A stretch of 64,000 bases of DNA from Candidatus Binatia bacterium (lineage in GTDB: Bacteria > Desulfobacterota > Binatia > UBA9968 > JAJDTQ01), in assembly GCA_963666515.2 (NCBI GenBank), contig OY762897.2, forward strand, positions 4,599,459 to 4,663,458. Reading direction: 5' to 3'. Positions 61,554 to 64,000 of the stretch are shown here, one piece after another. How positions within the stretch are numbered: the first letter of the stretch is position 1; each line of letters opens with the position of its first letter. Under the pieces are notes generated by a model. The model was not told the origin of the DNA. It was given only the letters and a program-made list of their open reading frames with translations, and made no database searches. A program made the position numbers and the translations under genes.

Positions 61554-62906
61554 TCATCCACTTTTCGCGGTACTTGCCCTCTCTGCAACGATGTCCAGCC
61601 GCTCGATTGTCCCGCGCACGAAACCGCGGGTTGTGGGAGGCAGGTTCACCTCTTCGTAGACCTCCGCGAAATTGGTGATCAGTGTCGTGACCTCCTGCTG
61701 GTCCACTTGAGAGAACAGTTCCGGGTATGCCCGTGTATACAGACGTTGGAGTCGACAACCCAACTCGCGCATCTGTTCAAGATTTGGCTGAGGAGCGTCG
61801 ATCTCATCCATATGGTGGATGCGCTGCTTCAGATCAAGGACGGCATCGTTCGATATCTCCACGTCGTCGCTCGTCGGCGCGCTTCCAAACGCAAGCAAAA
61901 GCGGAAAATTCCCGTGCGGGCCGATAATCTGGCCCAACATGTCCAACAACCGCGTTCGCCGTTTCCTATTCTCCCTCTGCTGCATCGAGTCTCCGAGCGT
62001 ACTTCCGTATTCGACATCCACTTCGTCGAGAACGACGACGAGCCCCTTGGCGCCTGTGGCTGCACAGAATTCTGCCCAGCATCTCAAGAGTTCACCAAAT
62101 CGTTCCACCCGCTCGTCAACTCGCCATGCCTTCAATTTTGGGGGATAAAATCCGCCGTAGCCAAGCCGCCGAAACTCGTTTTTTGCTTGGGTGGTGGAAA
62201 GTCCCAAACAGAAATAATCCTCAAGAACATCTACAACCTCGGGTTCGTCGAAAGCGCCCAGCGGCATCCGAAAGACTGCCTCTGCAATCAGTCCAACACG
62301 CTGCTTTACAAGAGAGTGATCGCTACACCGACGTAATCTGGCAAACCGTTGACTGATGCGACACGGAGCAGCTTCTCCGGGATAGCGAAGTGAGCCAAGC
62401 AGCGTCTCTATGAGCCCCATGGGTTCACATAGCGTGACACCTTCACCGTCCAGAGTTATCGACGCCGAGGCAAGCCCATGTCTGGAAGCCAGAGCCGCCA
62501 ACATTGTAAGGAGGTGTGTTTTCCCACTACCGTAGGAACCCTTGAACAATATGCTGCGAGTTTCGCCACGGGCAACGGCGACAACCGCATCCCTTAAGGA
62601 TTCTTGGATGAAGGCGGTGCCAACGCTCAAGTCAAGCACGTTCTCTTCAAGCATCTGGCCAAGTCTGAGCGCAACAATGGCGCGCCTTGCATCGACGACA
62701 TCTAATGCCAGCCTGGGCAGTGCTTCCGGCTCGGGCGGATCCGCCTCAATACTGGACGGGTCCGCAAGGCCGAGTTCTGCCGCCGACACCCATTCCCGCA
62801 TGTAGCCGAAGTCTACCTCGGCGCCCGACTCGCCTCCACGCGAGGCCACGACCACAACGACGCCGTCCCCCAATACCGGGTGTCGAACCGCATCGCCGGA
62901 CTTCAC
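61554..62906 (-). CDS. DUF2791/BrxD-like P-loop ATPase with N-terminal Tudor/SH3-like domain
   Basis: GSYGSGKTHLL, GLVVVLDEVD, C-terminal RGFVRGTIERLD; N-terminal GDAVRHPVLGDGVV. Confidence 0.75.
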   Translation of the reverse strand: MKSGDAVRHPVLGDGVVVVVASRGGESGAEVDFGYMREWVSAAELGLADPSSIEADPPEPEALPRLALDVVDARRAIVALRLGQMLEENVLDLSVGTAFIQESLRDAVVAVARGETRSILFKGSYGSGKTHLLTMLAALASRHGLASASITLDGEGVTLCEPMGLIETLLGSLRYPGEAAPCRISQRFARLRRCSDHSLVKQRVGLIAEAVFRMPLGAFDEPEVVDVLEDYFCLGLSTTQAKNEFRRLGYGGFYPPKLKAWRVDERVERFGELLRCWAEFCAATGAKGLVVVLDEVDVEYGSTLGDSMQQRENRKRRTRLLDMLGQIIGPHGNFPLLLAFGSAPTSDDVEISNDAVLDLKQRIHHMDEIDAPQPNLEQMRELGCRLQRLYTRAYPELFSQVDQQEVTTLITNFAEVYEEVNLPPTTRGFVRGTIERLDIVAERASTAKSG

Positions 62907-63708
62907 GGCTCGACACCCTCGGGCTCTTGTTCCCTCAATGATTCAAAGGTACCTTGGTAGCGGCTAGCCAATTCGTCGGGACGGAATTCCCGTTCACGAT
63001 ACCTCACCTGCTCGTCAAGCAAGCCTACCCATGTCTTCACGAACATGCGGCGAGCGCCCACATCAAGGTCCCGTTCAGCGGCTACTTTCGCCAATTGTTG
63101 TGCATTCCGACGTTGCAGTTCCTTGTCGAAGGAGCAGCCGGTGGCAGACTCTCCTACGGTAATCAGCTTGTGGCCGATTGCGGTCAGCAACGTCTCTTGC
63201 GTCTCGACGTTTTCCAGTGGCAACTGCACGGCAAGATCGTTGCCTGCATCAAATGGGGCTCCCCGTACCGCGATGCGTCCCGCCAATGCTCCATATTTCT
63301 TATCAATTTCGTCGATCACCTCCGGCACAGCGGAGAAAAGGCCGAAAAGCGGAACCCCGCTGGGAACGCCTGCAGGGCTATCGAGAAAGACGCGCATTGC
63401 GGCGAGTATGCGGAGCAGGGCTTTCCCCTTTGCGGTAAAAAGGGTCTCCACCTCGTCCATCAGAAGGACCAACCCGTGTACGCCTGCCTCCGGCAAGAAC
63501 TTGACCATTGACATCAGTAGATTCCTACCAAAGCGCCCTCGCTCTTTGGATGGAATTCTTGTGAGCCGCAACTGCTGCGTCTCATCTTTCGTAAGGGTAT
63601 CCACGTCTCCCTGCAACCAACGGAATGCGGCATCACCGATATCTGATCGCTCGCTATCTTCCGCGTGGAGCGCCGCAACCATCACTCGTCCAAAAGCGTT
63701 CTCTGGGT
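62903..63708 (-). pseudogene. Second DUF2791/BrxD-like ATPase, 3' part (interrupted by IS4)
   Basis: RWLQG, GLVLLMDEVE, RMFVKTWV. The Walker A region is replaced by the IS; GTGA overlap with the downstream ATPase. Confidence 0.7.
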
Positions 63709-64000
63709 CACTGCTGTCCCACAAAAATACGAACGGGGGAGGACCTGAAGAGCTCGCCTGTGTTATGATGGAATGATCCAAACCCCATCAACAGGGAGGT
63801 TCAGGTCCATGGCATACAATCATACCGTACTGGGGCAAATACTCAAGCTGGTGCCGAGACATGAATTTGAGAGGGAGGCGCGGGAGCACCACGAGGGGCG
63901 GCGGCTGCGGAAGATGACGCGGTGGGGGCAGTTCGTGGCGATGGTGCTGGGGCAATTGGCGGGGCGGAGCAGTCTGCGGGACATCGTGGGGAACCTGGAG
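63709..64000 (+). mobile_element. IS4-family insertion sequence, left end (partial)
   Basis: cactgctgtccca terminal-repeat-like end exactly where ATPase-like sequence stops; tatgat -10-like box; transposase start follows. Confidence 0.75.
63809..64000 (+). CDS. IS4 family transposase with DUF4372 N-terminus (3' partial)
   Basis: MAYNHTVLGQILKLVPRHEFE...RWGQFVAMVLGQLAGRSSLRDIV; GGAGG RBS. Confidence 0.88.
   Translation, partial: MAYNHTVLGQILKLVPRHEFEREAREHHEGRRLRKMTRWGQFVAMVLGQLAGRSSLRDIVGNLE

Overview
A 64-kb window of high-GC bacterial chromosome. The gene mix (orphan xanthine-dehydrogenase large subunits, LLM oxidoreductases, amidohydrolases, TPP/FAH enzymes, many TA modules, IS1595 with MTase cargo) suggests a Binatia/Deltaproteobacteria-like, possibly sponge-associated genome; this is inference only. 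Metabolic and housekeeping genes (ilvD, clpS-clpA, TRAP transporter, PhoX, OtsB, YbdK, CobB-type sirtuin, MFS) alternate with small defence or mobile insertions. These are: (i) a PHP-phosphoesterase/SMC-like ABC-ATPase gene plus a Schlafen/AlbA_2 gene (10.0-13.9 kb); (ii) a decayed IS1595 carrying an MTase-HNH fusion and DUF4238, bracketed by a diverged direct duplication of a BacNav-type ion-channel 3' end (23.5-28.6 kb); (iii) an intact 1716-aa DEDD-nuclease-like/RecQ/UvrD double-helicase fusion flanked by VapBC and an AAA_14-DUF4143 gene (29.3-35.8 kb); (iv) an HTH-fused m4C-type MTase with an Eco29kI/Cfr42I-type GIY-YIG endonuclease (47.9-50.1 kb); (v) a twin DUF2791/BrxD-like ATPase plus Lhr-like helicase operon inactivated by a nonsense codon and an IS4 insertion (59.4-64 kb). 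Two REP families are present. No CRISPR array, rRNA or tRNA was seen.
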